Source of the DNA: Octopus vulgaris
Taxonomy: Eukaryota
Direction of reading: 5' to 3'
Assembly: GCA_951406725.2 (NCBI GenBank)
Contig: OX597816.1
Span: 162,502,001-162,566,000, forward strand
Length of the DNA: 64,000 nt
A program made the position numbers and the translations under genes. The notes beneath the pieces are model-generated. The model was not told the origin of the DNA and did no database searches. It saw only the letters and a program-made list of their open reading frames with translations. Position 1 is the first letter of the stretch; every line of letters starts with the position of its first letter. Positions 27,280 to 40,287 of this stretch are shown here, one piece after another.

Positions 27280-28425
27280 AACAAATTCGACTCGACACTT
27301 CAACCCAATCGAGAGAACAATGAAGAAACAGATACGAAAAATACAACCTCCGAAATTGTCGAAAACCTTGGAAACTTATGCGAAACAATTAGAACATTTT
27401 TCTCTAACAACGCTAACCAAGGACCTCCAAACACGTCAATATATGGGATCAATACTCTAACAACATACCAAATGAAACACCACATAATACCACAATGGAA
27501 CAAATCACTCAGAGATAGAAAGTTCGCCTTTTGGAAGATGATCCAAAACAACAACAAAGCGGATATATACGAAAAATGGCTCAACCGGACCCCGTTAATC
27601 CTCCCACGTAAATTCCAGTTCAAAGCTATTACAGAAGAACCTGAAACACAAAGACACCTCAGGGAGAGAATGGCACTGGAAAAAATGAAAATGGAAATAG
27701 AACTTCTGAAATTGAGGGCCCAAACGAATGAGGATAAAATAAAATCCACCGATGAAGATATCAACGAAGAAATTCGCAAAATGACCCAAGGCCCAGATCA
27801 AGAGAAGTTCTCCAAACTATGGAAAGAGGACTGTGAAAAAGAAGAACTAAAATCTCTCCAACGCTGGGAGAAAAGCGCCACTTGGTTCTCAGACTATGAA
27901 GCCGTCTTTCAAACAGAGCACGCCTCCAACAACCCTTTCCAGAAAATAAGAAAACCAAAACAACACCCAAACACCGATACACACCCGTCTAAAAATCGGA
28001 ACCTTCACTACTATCAAAAAAAGAATACAGGACCTAACCCCAACTCTGTAAGCAGCCAGCGATACAATATCAGGAATACCCCCACTTCAAGCAGAGAAAG
28101 GATAAATCAACACCCACAGCATAGACACTGCAACCTCATCCCCACCCAAAGGAGTTACCAACGAAATCTTCGTCCCATTAACCGGTTAAACAACCATGCA
28201 CAACAAACCCACACCACTTGCAATGATTACCAACGAAGGCCTCCTAGAACACCACACCCGAATATGGGATATCGGGATGCTCTCCTCAATACTGCTCCAA
28301 GAACACACACCACAAATCACAACAGGAGACCCCTAATCAACAAAGAACAACTATATACTAGCTACCGTCCCAACCACCGCATTCATTTTTTAGACCCAAT
28401 ACGCAAACACAGAGACACAAGATAG
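27280..28425 (+). CDS. PLE upstream ORF (5'-truncated; coiled-coil-like segment, then basic N/Q/R/P-rich tail)
   Basis: ~380 stop-free codons in non-repetitive sequence; charged heptad-like region MALEKMKMEIELLKLRAQ..EEIRK; 5' end cut by the inversion junction. Confidence 0.7.
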   Translation, partial: NKFDSTLQPNRENNEETDTKNTTSEIVENLGNLCETIRTFFSNNANQGPPNTSIYGINTLTTYQMKHHIIPQWNKSLRDRKFAFWKMIQNNNKADIYEKWLNRTPLILPRKFQFKAITEEPETQRHLRERMALEKMKMEIELLKLRAQTNEDKIKSTDEDINEEIRKMTQGPDQEKFSKLWKEDCEKEELKSLQRWEKSATWFSDYEAVFQTEHASNNPFQKIRKPKQHPNTDTHPSKNRNLHYYQKKNTGPNPNSVSSQRYNIRNTPTSSRERINQHPQHRHCNLIPTQRSYQRNLRPINRLNNHAQQTHTTCNDYQRRPPRTPHPNMGYRDALLNTAPRTHTTNHNRRPLINKEQLYTSYRPNHRIHFLDPIRKHRDTR

Positions 28426-30717
28426 CACTAAACAAGCAGGAGGAACCAAAAGTAATAAAAATTATTAATCTAACTCACAAGGAACTAACAGCAAACCAAA
28501 TAAACATACTTTCCAAAGGACTCAAGTTTACACCCACCCCACAACACCCCAACTACAATGAAATGAAAGAAGACATCGCAGAATTCTGCAGAAAATTAAG
28601 ACTTACTGAGGAGCTATACGATAAATACAACGAGGACGAATCGTTAGCCAGAAATAGGAGTAACTACACCCCCTCGAAAGGTAAGAATAAAACACTTGAT
28701 GATTTCTGTGACCACATATCAAATTACCCATATCAACATATGCACAAACAAAAACACAAACCAAACTTCAGCAAAAAAGAATGGGCTGAGTTGAACAAAT
28801 TAAAACTAGATAAAACAATAACAATCAAAGAGGCCGATAAAGGGAGTGCTGTTGTCTTAATGGATACGACATTTTACATAACTTTGGTACTTTCTATGCT
28901 GGAAGACACAACATACTATGAAAAGGCACAAAACTACAGTCAACAAAAAATAATGAGGGAACTAAAATCCATATTAAACCCATACAAAGCAGGGCTCACC
29001 GACAAAGAATATGATTATATGACCAATTTCACAAGTAAAACTAGCCAATTCTACGGTATACCTAAGATCCACAAAAGTGAAAAAATAAGCAACGCATGCA
29101 AGATAGCTACAGACAAAGTAATTAAAGTCCCTAATCCTAATGACCTCAAATTGAGACCCATAATAGCAGGTCCCGCATGCGAAACCCACCGCCTCAGTAA
29201 CTTTTTAGACACCCTGTTAAAACCACTCCTCAAACATGTCAAAAGCTATATAAGGGACGACTTAGATATGCTCAATCACCTACCGAATACTATAAACAAA
29301 AACACCATACTGGTATCCTTCGATGTAGTCAACCTCTACTCCAATATCCCCCACAACCTAGGACTAGAGGCAATCCAATTCTGGCTAGAGAATCACGCCA
29401 ACGAACTACCACACCGCATCAAAAAAAGAATTTGTGATAGAAGGGGTTAAATTCATCCTGGAAAATAACTTCTTCGCCTTCAATGACAACTTCTACCGAC
29501 AAAAATCGGGGACTGCGATGGGTACACGAATGGCCCCCTCCTTTGCCAACCTAGTCATAGGATACCTAGAGATCAGTCTGTATCGTAAGGTTCTAGAAAG
29601 ATATGGCAGCCCTTTCTCCATCTACATAGAAAACAACTGGAAGAGATATCTAGATGACTGTTTCATCCTTTGGCATAAAAATATAGAAAAACTCATAGAA
29701 TTCCAGAAAATTTTAAACGGACTGGACGTAAACATCCAATTCACGATGGAATATAGCCAACAACAACTCCCCTTCCTCGATATCCTCATTAAGAAAGCTA
29801 ATAATATAATAGAAACAGACATATACTATAAGCCTACAGACTCTAAGCAATATCTTCCATTCAATTCATGCCACCCCAGACACACCAGGATGAATATCCC
29901 CTTCAATCTAGCAAAAAGGATATGCACTATAGTCTCTAACGCAAACACCAGAGACACACGACTACAAGAACTAAAAGATACCCTAATCACCAGGAACTAT
30001 CCACCTTCACTTATTGACAAGTGCATTCAACGTGCCCTTCAACTCAACATCAAGGAACTGAGACATCCCAAATCAAAGAAAAACTTACAACCAAAAGCCT
30101 TACCATACATCTCCACACACAACCCTCTCAATAACGAAGCCTTCGACACCATCCTCCACAACATACCCCTCCTAAAAAAAGACCACAGAATGAACACAAT
30201 CCTCCAAACACACACGATCATAAAAAGCAAAAGACAGCCTAGATCCATGAAAAGTCTCCTTACACAAGCCCGAATTCACTCTTCAACACAGAAGCCGACA
30301 GTAAAAAAATGTGGAAGACCCAATTGCGGGATATGCGACTATCTAATCGAGGGTTCGGAGTTCTCCTTCAAACAGGGACAACGGTTTACAGTGAAAAGCA
30401 ACTTCACATGTGCTTCGGAGAACCTAATATACTCACTAACCTGCTCCGGGTGTCAAGAGCAGTACATAGGCCAAACAAAAAATGGTTTGCGTAAACGAAT
30501 GGCCCTGCACAGATCCCAGATAAAAATTCCCCAAAACAGAAAAATAGCTTTTAGCCAACACATAGATACTTGCGCCAACAAAAAAACACCAAACTTCAGA
30601 ATTTTCCCCCTCTACCAATTTAGGGACGATACAACCTCGAGACAAAGAATAAGTAAAGAAAATCTCTTTATTACAAAATACAAGCCACTTCTTAACGGGT
30701 CTACGACAAACAATTAA
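28362..30717 (+). CDS. PLE reverse transcriptase + GIY-YIG endonuclease, one apparent +1 frameshift in A7 at 29421-29427
   Basis: INLT..LSKGLKFTPTP, KEADKG, YGIPKIHK, LRPII, FDVVNLY, GTAMG, RYLDD, LPFLD, YKPT; CGRPNCGIC; NLIYSLTC..C..YIGQT..RMALH. Confidence 0.93.
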
Positions 30718-31407
30718 TATACCTCAACTTTAGAATAAAAGAAAAAAATATATATACACACACAAATACTACACTCCATAGAATCCATTACTAATCAGCC
30801 CCTTCATAGCTATATTTACACCCATTCATATTCTCCCTTCTCTGTTTTTTTCTTCTTCTTCTTCTTCATCATCATCGTTATCATCATCATCGGCGTCATC
30901 ATCATCACCACCATCTTCTCCTTCTTCTTCTTCTTCTTCTTCTTCTTCTTCTTCTTCTTCTTCTTCTTCTTCTTCTTCTTCATCATCATCGTTATCATCA
31001 TCATCGTCGTCATAATCATCACCACCATCACCATCATCTTCTCCTTCTCCTTCTTCTTCTTCTTCTTCTTCTTCTTCTTCTCCACCCCTACCCCTTAAGT
31101 TTGTCACTAATGTTTTTTAGTATAACACCTACGCTAATTCTATAAACAATCCTGAATTGAACTGAGACTGCCAGCCGCCACTGACCATTCAAAATACGAC
31201 CATCAGGGCACTCCCAGATTCTCCCACCCCCTTTCCTCACCAGCCTTCCCTCTACTACCCTACCAAGAACTCACAACTACCTCGAACACACAAGTGCAAA
31301 CAAGGGAGTCAGAGAAAGGCAGAATGCCACTTAAATCTGAACACTACTATAGAAATATTCTTTTAAAAAAACTTTTCTTCTAATTTTTCTAAATTTAATT
31401 ATTTAAT

Positions 31408-31455
31408 CGTTACAGTTGAAAAGGTCTCAAAATGACCGAAACCGGTACTGAAATG
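31408..31455 (+). ncRNA. Minimal hammerhead ribozyme (U3-A8 variant) near the PLE 3' end
   Basis: cgtt-a-cag TTGAAAA ggtc-tcaaaat-gacc GAAA ccgg TA ctg-a-aatg; stem III palindrome ACCGGT. Confidence 0.8.
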
Positions 31456-32085
31456 TTCACTATAAAATTATTTTAGCATTTTCTATTTTTTACTTGTTTT
31501 TTCATATATATATATATATATATATATACATAAATATATATATATGTACACTTATACACAGAAATGCACGGTGGATACATATCCTAAATACATACATACT
31601 CTCTCTCTCTCTCTCTCTCAATCCCTCAACCTCACTCTCACTTCCTCCCATCCTGTTTCACTCTCTGTCCATATATATATATATATATATATATCTCATA
31701 TCCATAGATATTAGAATAAAATAATAATGCTATTCATAATAATGAAGGCGATATATATGTATATATATGTTAAAACTTTGCTCTGGAAATTGAACAAAGC
31801 AGTTGCACCATCAGTTCTTATCTCCCTCAAGGGCAGGAAACTGAAGAATATTGTGTATTGTAAACGTTATACCGCTTCATTGGGGAAAGAATGTCGGGAA
31901 GGGAGATTAGTAAGCATAGGGCTGTTTATAGTTTATACAATCTCAGACTGAGCTAATCTGGTTCTTCTAAATTTGCATAACAGTGCATGCGCTGACAACG
32001 TACGTAATTAATAGGTGCATGCATAAACACAGTATATGTATATATATATAAATAGAGAAATACATATATATACATACAAATATAC

Positions 32086-32117
<32 letters not shown>

Positions 32118-32134
32118 ATAAATATGTATTTGCC

Positions 32135-32173
<39 letters not shown>

Positions 32174-32325
32174 ATATGGAAATATCTGTACGTATATTCA
32201 CGTGACTATCAGATCTGCACAATAAGAATGATATGTATATATATATATAGGTACATGCATACACAATATATTATATATGTATATACATATATATAAATAT
32301 ACACACACATATATAAGTGTATCTA

Positions 32326-32386
<61 letters not shown>

Positions 32387-33239
32387 TTATATGTATATAT
32401 ATATATATATATACATATACCTATACATAAATATATATAAATAAGTCTTTGGTATATTTATCAATGCTATATGCAGTATCATACTTCGTTATTCATCATC
32501 TTGTACTTGTGTTACAAAAACCATTCATGGCGTTCCATAGAAATTCTATTATTCTGACATTCACAATCATTCTAATTCTCTTTTAGAATATGTAGATCCA
32601 TTTCGCCGAAATATAATACCTTCTCTCTCTCTCTCTGTCTCTCTCACTCACTCTCTCCTGCTCTCTTTTCTGATATAATAAGCATTTAGATGGGCACTAA
32701 CCCAAATCCATTTATACATGTTTACGTATGTTTGTGTATGAATGCATATTTGTGGGTATGTATGTGTGTGTGTGTGTGTCCGTGCGTTTGAATGTGGGTC
32801 TTTGAATTTCGCAAATGGAAAAATGAAACGTGTACTCAATATGAGCGGCAGAGTTTAGTGAAAGCTGCCTGTGACAATATGCATAGCTGTGTGCATTAAC
32901 TGCAATCTGTAACTAAATGCATAGCTATGTATATTTATATATTCTTGCACGTATGTAAATACATACAGATATACATATATTTGTGTATGTATGTAGGTGA
33001 CAATGGCGGTATTGGTGGTTGTGGTGGTGGAGGTGGGCTTATCACGTCGGTCATATCTTATGACATATTCATAAAAATCCTCGTTGCTGGATATAATTTT
33101 ACCATTCTTCGTAAGATAAGGATTTTAAAAGAATGGATATCTGGTTATGTGTAACATACATATGGTGCATCTTTATGCGTGTGCGTACGTACGTCAGTAT
33201 GCATACACACATATATACATACATACACGCATACATACA

Positions 33240-33294
<55 letters not shown>

Positions 33295-33339
33295 TAGTAA
33301 TGAAGTCACACCAAAATGTGATCATTTTAAATCGTTTAA

Positions 33340-33408
33340 TACGCACGTTTCAGGTTTGCGTAATATATAATAGGATAAATATGCATTAAGTAAAGCTTCT
33401 TCAGCGAA
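33340..33408 (-). ncRNA. Degenerate hammerhead-like motif in a (TA)n-flanked island
   Basis: ttcg CTGAAGA agcttt..aaacct GAAA cg TG cgta; G at position 17 is non-permissive. Confidence 0.4.
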
Positions 33409-33495
33409 GGCATTTCATTAGGCTTATTAGGATAACGCGATATATATATATATATATATATGCGTGTGTGTTTGCGTGTGTGTGTGTGGGGGGTA

Positions 33496-33552
<57 letters not shown>

Positions 33553-33750
33553 AATAAGAAGGGTAATTCACTTTTTACCGCCGCCCATAATTGCGAGATT
33601 GCCACGGAATAACTAGCACTTGGTTAGGAATAATTGGGTACATTACCAGCAGAATATTGGATAGTTACTATCCCTTAGATGGTTTCCCAATCTGTGTGTG
33701 TATGTGTGTGCATAAATATATATATGTATGTAGACATATACATATATGTA

Positions 33751-33812
<62 letters not shown>

Positions 33813-33907
33813 GAGAGAGAGAGAGATATGTATATGTATATACATATATATGTATATGTATACATATTTATGTATATGTATATATATATGTATATGTATA
33901 CATATAC

Positions 33908-33973
<66 letters not shown>

Positions 33974-34088
33974 AGAAAGAGAGTGAGACAGTCAGACAGA
34001 CAGACTAACAGAGAATAATAAGAAAAAGGAAAACCTTTGATATAGCGCACCTCATTAGTGCTCTATATGAGCAAGATATAACATATAA

Positions 34089-34412
34089 AGTGGTTGACAT
34101 ATTTTCGTGAGTGAAGCTCCTTTATCGTGGAAATACAAGCTACATTAAGAATTCATCGAGATCCTAGGTTTCAATCGCTCCAATATTACAAAGTCTTACG
34201 ATTTTGAATGTCAGAATAATAAAATCCAGGCTACATGTGTTTCCTAGCTAGCAGAACCTGTGAAGTAGTAATTACTCAAACAAGGGGTACTCCGGCGATG
34301 TAAACTTCATTTGTCCAACGTTTCTTTTAGTCCGACGAGTAACTAACGGATTACTCCTCGTTTGGATATATGTATATACATATACACACACACATATATA
34401 TGTATATATGTG

Positions 34413-34466
<54 letters not shown>

Positions 34467-35080
34467 TGCAGGAGTGGCAGTGTGGTAAGTAGCTTGCTTA
34501 CCAACCACATTGTTCCTGGTTCAGTCCTACTGCGTGGTACCTTGTGCAAGTGCCTTCTACTATAGCCTCGAGCCAACCAAACCCTTGTAAGTGGATTTGG
34601 TAGACGGAAACTGAAAGACGCCCGCCGTATATATGTATTTTTATATGTATGGGTGTGAATATGATTGTGTGTCTGTGTTTCCCCCCCCCCACAATCGCTC
34701 GACAACCGATACTGGTGTGCTTACGTCCCCGTAACTTAGTGGTTCGGCAAAAAGAGACCGAAAGAATAAGTACTATTCTTACAAAGAATAAGTCCTGGGG
34801 TCGATATGCTCGACTAAATCCGCTAGTTACTCGTCGGGCTAAAAGAAACGTTGGACAAATGAAGTTTACATCGCCGGAGTACCCCTTGTTTGAGTAATAA
34901 CTACTTCACAGGTTCTGCTAGCTAGGAAACACATGTAGCCTGGATTTTATTATTCTGACATTCAAAATCGTAAGACTTTGTAATATTGGAGCGATTGAAA
35001 CCTAGGATCTCGATGAATTCTTAATGTAGCTTGTATTTCCACGATAAAGGAGCTTCACTCACGAAAATATGTCAACCACT
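34089..35080. repeat. 264-bp inverted duplication (34089-34352 / 34817-35080)
   Basis: Near-identical reverse complements; the second copy interrupts a SINE tail. Confidence 0.9.
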
Positions 35081-35143
35081 GTGCTCCAGCATGGCCGCAG
35101 TCAAATGACTGAAACAAGTAAAAAAGTAAAAGAGAGTAAAAGA
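34464..35143 (+). mobile_element. SINE family A, interrupted by the inverted duplication
   Basis: Head at 34464; tail resumes gtgctccagcatggccgcagtc at 35081. Confidence 0.85.
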
Positions 35144-35171
35144 ATATTATATATATATATCTATCTATATA

Positions 35172-35607
<436 letters not shown>

Positions 35608-35611
35608 ATAT

Positions 35612-35690
<79 letters not shown>

Positions 35691-35933
35691 GACCGGAGTA
35701 AACACATAAATGTGAAACAAGGTGGAAAAAAGAGTACTCAAATACCAGTGGTAGAGTAATATGCTTTATTTTAAGCAGCAGAAAATTCAACAAAATCTGT
35801 TACTTGAGTTTCTCGTTGCCGTTCATCAGACAGTTTTTGCTAATGTTCCATTCTAGCAAAAACTGTCTGATGAACGGCAACGAGAAACTCAGAGTAACAG
35901 ATTTTGTTGAATTTTCTGCTGCTTAAAATAAAG

Positions 35934-35938
<5 letters not shown>
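35691..35938. mobile_element. Short PLE-type fold-back with two canonical-core hammerheads
   Basis: Arms 35759-35842 / 35854-35938; ctgt CTGATGA acg-gcaa-cga GAAA ctcagag TA acag at 35863-35900(+) and its mirror at 35797-35833(-); AATAAA downstream. Confidence 0.75.
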
Positions 35939-35981
<43 letters not shown>

Positions 35982-36334
35982 CATATATATATATACATAT
36001 GTGTGCATACGTATAGGTATTCATACACGTGTATATGCGATAATATATGAGCTGATTTGTGGAGGTATGCGTATAGAAATGAACCAGAATGTACTTAATA
36101 AATGTCTACTAGAACATATGTATTGTATTAAAAGCTGAACCTTTACGGGTTTATTATTGGAAGTTTCATATTTCTAAATATCCAAATGAATAATTTGAAC
36201 AATCAGGCTAATAAAGTTCCGAGTAAAGACTCTCTAAGCTGAAGCTTCTAATGCATACATAGATATATACAAATTTACATACATAAATATATACATACAA
36301 CATGCATAAATATATACATACATACATACATATA

Positions 36335-36375
<41 letters not shown>

Positions 36376-36380
<5 letters not shown>

Positions 36381-36469
36381 GTGGATTCAAATACTAGGGT
36401 AGCTCATTCAACGGTGGTGCCCCAGCATGGCCGCAGCGTTCGGGCTGAAACATTTTTAAGGATTTAAGG

Positions 36470-36472
<3 letters not shown>
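36376..36472 (+). mobile_element. Isolated LINE 3' tail with (TTTAAGGA) repeat
   Basis: ggtgccccagcatggccgcagc-gttcgg-gctgaaac. Confidence 0.65.
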
Positions 36473-36517
<45 letters not shown>

Positions 36518-36582
36518 GTATAGGTATATACATATTGATACATACTTTTATTCTCACAAACAATACGTATGTGTGTGTGCGT

Positions 36583-36623
<41 letters not shown>

Positions 36624-37247
36624 TTAGCTTACGCATGTATATTTGTAAATAAATATACAGATGCATATAATAAATGTGGATATAATATAATATATAATGC
36701 ATAAAGGTATCGGAGGACTTATGTATGCGCGTGCATATGTATGTTCCCATAAATATGTTTCTGCACAAACGCTTATGTACATACGTATATATATGCATGT
36801 GTGTATATATACCTATACACACACGCTCACACACATACGCACAAACTCACACACATACACAAACACAGAAACATGCACATATATCGACACATACAAACAC
36901 ATACACACACGTATATCTAAAGCACGAGAATACTTATATGCTTGTGTGTCTCATACGATGTAAATATGTGCATTGGTAAGACAAGCAAATGAGGAATCCA
37001 TCGCCTTGAGCCAACAGCTCAGTCAACAAAATGGCGTCGTGACTCACAGGTTTCATTTGTTACATCTCTGACTATGTATTTGATATCAACACCCCCCCAC
37101 TCCTTTATTACACTGGAAACATGTATATTGCCATTACTGTTGTGCAGACGACACTATAATTATTGTTATCGTCACTACCGTTGCTGTTGCCGTTAGTGTT
37201 ATTAATTCTATTATTACTACAAACTACTCTTAAAATGTTTTCTATGT

Positions 37248-37684
37248 AGGCGTAGGAGTGGCTGTTTGGTAAGTAGCTTGCTTACGAACTACATGGTTCC
37301 GGGTTCAGTCCCACTGCATGGCACCTTGGGCAAGTGTCTTCTACTATAGCCTGGAGTCAACCAAAGCCTTGTGAGTGAATTTGGTAGACGGAAACCGAAA
37401 GAAGCCTGTCGTATATATGTATATATATGTATATATATGTGTGTGTTTGTGTGAGTGTCTGTGTTTGTGCCCCCAACATCGCTTGACAACCGATGCTGGT
37501 GTGTTTACGTCCCCATAACTTAGCGGTTCGGCAAAAGAGACCGATAGAATAAGTACTAGGCTCACAAAGAATAAATCATGGGGTCGATTTCCTCGACTAA
37601 AGGCGGTGCTCCAGCTTGGCCACAGTCTGAAAAATGACTGAAACAAGTAAAAGAATAAAGAGTAAAGAGTAAAGAGTAAAGAGT
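37248..37684 (+). mobile_element. SINE family A, full length
   Basis: Head, central microsatellite, tail with (AAAGAGT)n. Confidence 0.9.
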
Positions 37685-37704
37685 ATGTGGCAAACAAGTC
37701 ACTG

Positions 37705-37779
<75 letters not shown>

Positions 37780-37854
37780 TTGAGTGAGAGAGCAGTGCAT
37801 GCCATCAAAGTGACGCTGGGGTAAAATATACGAAGCCAGTATATCCATATATAG

Positions 37855-38134
37855 TATTTCTAAGTCTCTTAATGCTCTGCATTGATAAGGGGTAAATACC
37901 CTGAAACTAGTCTGCAGATGCCTGACCAGCAAGGGGAAGCGGCTGACCTCCCCTTATTCGAAGGTTATAATGGACACAGATTTGTGTGTCACATAGTTAG
38001 CTAGAGGCGATGGCCTCTTGGAGCTAATCAATGGCAGCATTCGTCCAATATTTTTGGACGGCCATATTAGCTTGGCGATAACTATCAATATCCAGTACCG
38101 CTGCCGTAGTCTCCTTTAGAGAGACTTAGAAATA
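37855..38134 (+). mobile_element. 280-bp hammerhead-bearing element with 15-bp terminal inverted repeat
   Basis: tatttctaagtctct 37855-37869 / agagacttagaaata 38120-38134; hammerhead starts just inside the left repeat. Confidence 0.6.
37876..37918 (+). ncRNA. Minimal hammerhead (U3-A8 variant, GUC site)
   Basis: tctgca TTGATAA gggg-taaata-ccct GAAA ctag TC tgcaga; stem III palindrome ACTAGT. Confidence 0.8.
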
Positions 38135-38137
38135 TTG

Positions 38138-38225
<88 letters not shown>

Positions 38226-38545
38226 CAATAAATATGGGGATTAGCGGTTTTCGCTAACGCGCGCAGGGTAATAAACGAAATAAAGAAATCATTACTCGTT
38301 ATTCATAACTAAGAAAAGAATTCTCCATGTGGAGCACAGAAAGTGATTATTATTAGTAATTTAACCAGAGTTAGATTTTATCGAGTAATGATATGATCAA
38401 CGGCACTCCAGATGTGATCATCGTGTCTTTCATTTAAATGCAGTGAATCTAGGATTACATCATTATAGCTGTGTTTCCGCATTTTTTTAAAAAGCAAGTG
38501 GGTATGATTTGAAGGGGAATTAGTTATTAATATAGCATATCAATA

Positions 38546-39100
38546 GGCGATAGACTGGCAGAATCGGTTGCACGCCGAGTAAAATTCTTAGCGACATTTT
38601 GTCCATCTATACATTTTGAGTTCGAACTTCGTGAGGTCCACTTTGCCTTTCATCCATTCGAGGTCGATAAAATAAGTACCAGTTGTGTACTGGGGTCGAT
38701 GTAATCTACTTATCCCCTTCCCTGAAATTGCTGGCCTTGTACCAATCATTTGAAAACAGTATTATAATATACTGTAAGACGACGAACTGGCAGAAACGTT
38801 AGCACGCCGGGCGAAATGCTTAGCGGTATTTCGTCTGCCGCTACGTTCTGAGTTCAAATTCCGCTGAGGTCGACTTTGCCTTTCATCCTTTCGGGGTCGA
38901 TAAATTAAGTACCAGTTGCGTACTGGGGTCGATGTAATTGTCTGACCGCCTCCCCAAAAGTTTCGAGCCTTGTGCCTAGAATAGAAAAGAATATACTGTA
39001 AGATGACGAGCCCAGAAAAATCGTTAGCACGCCAGGCAAAATGATTGGCGGTATTTCATCCACCTTCACGTTCCAGGTTCAAATTCTGAAACCGATATTA
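38546..39100 (+). mobile_element. Tandem cluster of SINE family B (three copies, last truncated)
   Basis: ctggcagaaacgttagcacgccgggcg..gagttcaaattcc..ggtcgactttgcctttcatcctttcggggtcgataaa (resembles the Deu/Nin central domain). Confidence 0.85.
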
Positions 39101-39876
39101 AAATATATTTTCATGGCCATGATTTTAAACTGCAACTGACAGTGGCGCCCTGTTTCGCGAATTCCAAAATTTTGCGGCGTGTGGAAACATCTCTTAGCTA
39201 CCATTGTTCCTAGGTCTATCCTGACACTGAATAATAACACTTGTCAGTGCCCTAGCTACGAGTTAATGAGCAAGTTATGGAAGAAACTCCAAGTATAAGC
39301 CTTCACTGCCTTTTGAGTGCATTGGGAAAGGAAAATGCTTGGTGAGATAACTTCGGTAGAAATTGAAGCAGTGGTGTCTCTCAGGCAGTCTGGTGTCTTC
39401 TTTGATACTCTTCCGGTAACTCCATACTAGGTGAAACTCTCCATCCCTGCAAAGCAATACAACTAGGAGAAGGCCACTACTATATAAAACCCACAACTTG
39501 GTGGCCACCGCAGCCGTCTTAGTGTGTTGAACTACTGTAATGAAACCTCCAAGTCTAAAGAGTGAGGCCAGATTACGCGTACTGATTCTCACTTTAGAAC
39601 TACTAAACGAAGGCAGGAAGAAAAGGTCTGCAGTACCAAGGATGGGTTTACATAAATACTTGAGGGCTTGCCACTCTTGCTCACGGTCTTGGGATACAAA
39701 AAAAAAACTATCTCCTTTATTAGCAAATCAAGCGATCACATACAGACTCTATTTAGCTTCAATTGTGAAATGCATTTCATTCGAGGAATCGAAATCAGTC
39801 CTGTAAATAATCAAAATAACGAAAAAAAAGTCTCGTCAACAACAAAGACGTCGCACATGGGGCATATTTCGACTTC

Positions 39877-40287
39877 TAGCTGGCAGAAACGTTAGCACAC
39901 CGGGCGAAATGCTTAGCGGTGTTTCGTCTGCCGCTACGTTCTGAGTTCAAATTCCGCCGACTTCGACTTTGCTTTTCATCCTTTCGGGGTCGATTAAATA
40001 AGTACCAGTTATGCACTGGGGTCGATATAATCGACTTAATCCGTTTGTCTGTCCTTGTTTGTCCCTTCTGTGTTTAGCCCCTTGTGGGTAGTAAAGAAAT
40101 AGGTATTTCGTCTGGTGATACGTTCTGAGTTCAAATTCCACCCAGGTCAACTTTGCTTTCATCCTTCCAGTGTCGATAAAATAAGTACCAGTTATCCACT
40201 GGGGTCGACGTAATCGACGTAATCCCTTTGTCTGTCCTTATTTGTCCCCTGTATGTTTTAAGCCCCTGTGGGTAATAAAGAAATAAA
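39877..40287 (+). mobile_element. SINE family B, tandem 1.7-mer
   Basis: Two consecutive bodies; the second starts at ggtatttcgtc. Confidence 0.85.

Larger units (their letters stand above)
25858..31510 (+). mobile_element. Penelope-like retroelement (GIY-YIG type, Neptune-like) with inverted 5' copy of its 3' end
   Basis: Inverted arms ~25886-27279 and 30098-31510 nearly identical; RT and GIY-YIG ORFs; hammerheads in both arms; (TA)n on both flanks. Confidence 0.95.

Noticed and set aside
31830-31872. CTGAAGA..gtaaacgtt hammerhead candidate
   Set aside because: GAAA is disrupted and stem I is absent
35085-35125. SINE/LINE tail stem-loop followed by GAAAC..TA as a hammerhead
   Set aside because: No CUGANGA-like core with 3-8 pairing and no stem I; better explained as the RT recognition stem-loop
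39330-39700. Possible very old L1/Tx1-like RT remnant
   Set aside because: Only vague motif resemblance (EITSVEI..DTLP); needs an HMM search
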